A program made the translations under genes and the position numbers. A DNA stretch of 27,614 nucleotides. Origin: Nitrososphaerota archaeon. GTDB taxonomy: Archaea > Thermoproteota > Nitrososphaeria_A > Caldarchaeales > Calditenuaceae. This document shows positions 26,752-27,614 of the stretch, in pieces. The DNA lies in the NCBI GenBank assembly GCA_033581555.1, contig JAVQSZ010000003.1:90704-118317 (forward strand), read 5' to 3'. The notes under the pieces were generated by a model. The model was not told where the DNA came from, made no database searches, and was given only the letters and a program-made list of their open reading frames with translations. How positions within the stretch are numbered: the first letter of the stretch is position 1; each line of letters opens with the position of its first letter.

Positions 26752-27227
26752 GGGACCAGCACCACCGGCACCGGCGACCTCTTCGCGACGCCCTCGGCCA
26801 CGTTTCCCAGCCTCCCCGGCCTCCTCTCGCCGGCCCCGAGCACCACAGCGACGCAGCCCCGCTTCACCTCCGAGAGGATCCTCGAGACGACGTCGCCCGA
26901 ACCGCTCAGCGGGACGTATGAGGCGTTCACTCCGGACGCCCTGCTCTCATCGAGGAGCTCCATGACGATCTCGTTCAGGGCAATCAGGTCGCGCCTCAGG
27001 GCCGAATCAGGCACCGTGACCGCCGATTGGATCCCGGCCTCGACCGCGGAGGGTTTAACGAGATGGTCCAGCGGTGATCCCACGACCTGGGCCGGCATCA
27101 CTGACAACACCCTTAGCTCCACCCCGAGCTGCTTGGCGAGCCTGACCGCAAGCTTCCCAGCCCTCCGCGACTGCTCCGACGGCGAGATCGCAACCAGCAG
27201 GTACTCAGCCTCCACCGACCTGACCAC
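26748..27227 (-). CDS. Universal stress protein (UspA family)
   Basis: LLVAISPSEQSRRA, LRVLSV, VVLG...LGNVAEGVAKRSPVPVVLVP. Confidence 0.88.
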   Translation of the reverse strand: MVRSVEAEYLLVAISPSEQSRRAGKLAVRLAKQLGVELRVLSVMPAQVVGSPLDHLVKPSAVEAGIQSAVTVPDSALRRDLIALNEIVMELLDESRASGVNASYVPLSGSGDVVSRILSEVKRGCVAVVLGAGERRPGRLGNVAEGVAKRSPVPVVLVP

Positions 27228-27614
27228 CCCTCTTGAGCCGGAGGTGAAGCGCCCCGAGGACTACCCTTCCGGCCGAGGATAATAGGTAAACTGCTATCAG
27301 CGCGCCGGCGAGACCCATGGACGGCCTGACGGCCTCAACCAAGAGCCCTCCCGTCATCGACCCCAGGAAGCTCGCGACGCCTTGGGCGAGGTTCGCGAGG
27401 GCGGTGAGGGTCGCCCTGTTCTCCGGGCTCACGATCGCCAGCAGGTAGAGCGTCGAGAGGGTGTTGTTCAGCGAGATCATCGCGCCCGTCATCAGGTTGA
27501 TCCCTATGAGGTAGGGGGGCGAAGGGAGGAAGCCGTAGACCAGCGGGACGACCGCGAAGGAGGCTCTCGTGGCAGCGAGCACCGTCACCGTCGAGGGGAA
27601 GTCGAGGTTCGTCC
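27205..27614 (-). CDS. 3' part of an MFS transporter (truncated by the window edge)
   Basis: Hydrophobic helices with SPENRAT...N...G...FLGSMTGG, typical of MFS C-terminal helices. Confidence 0.75.
   Translation of the reverse strand, partial: TNLDFPSTVTVLAATRASFAVVPLVYGFLPSPPYLIGINLMTGAMISLNNTLSTLYLLAIVSPENRATLTALANLAQGVASFLGSMTGGLLVEAVRPSMGLAGALIAVYLLSSAGRVVLGALHLRLKRGGQVGGG

Noticed and set aside
1-27614. CRISPR array, rRNA, IS elements, defence systems
   Set aside because: No regularly spaced repeats, rRNA-like segments, terminal inverted repeats with a transposase, or recognisable defence genes seen by eye

Overview
GC-rich archaeal DNA, most consistent with a TACK-lineage thermophile such as Aigarchaeota/Caldarchaeales. 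This is an inference from the thermosome, S6e/S24e, Dph5-DUF357 fusion, intron-containing tRNA, and TATA/BRE promoters. Most of the window is housekeeping: rps19, thermosome, htpX, an MntR-type regulator, trpS, proS, dph5, ribL, rps6e, rps24e, sua5, tRNA-Val(GAC), and tRNA-Ser(GGA) with a 16-nt intron. Between the thermosome and tRNA-Val (~2.7-12.06 kb) lies a visibly AT-richer, all-minus-strand accessory block. It holds an intact F420-dependent LLM oxidoreductase and a LIV-type ABC transporter with an embedded long-chain acyl-CoA ligase. It also holds unannotated decayed gene remnants: a thiolase C-terminus joined to a 4Fe-4S/NrfD fusion remnant, and possibly a CCG-domain Fe-S protein. Together these suggest an eroding acyl-compound uptake, oxidation and respiration module. 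proS and sua5 (possibly also trpS) carry single-base frameshifts that are probably assembly errors. No CRISPR array, integrase or transposase was seen.
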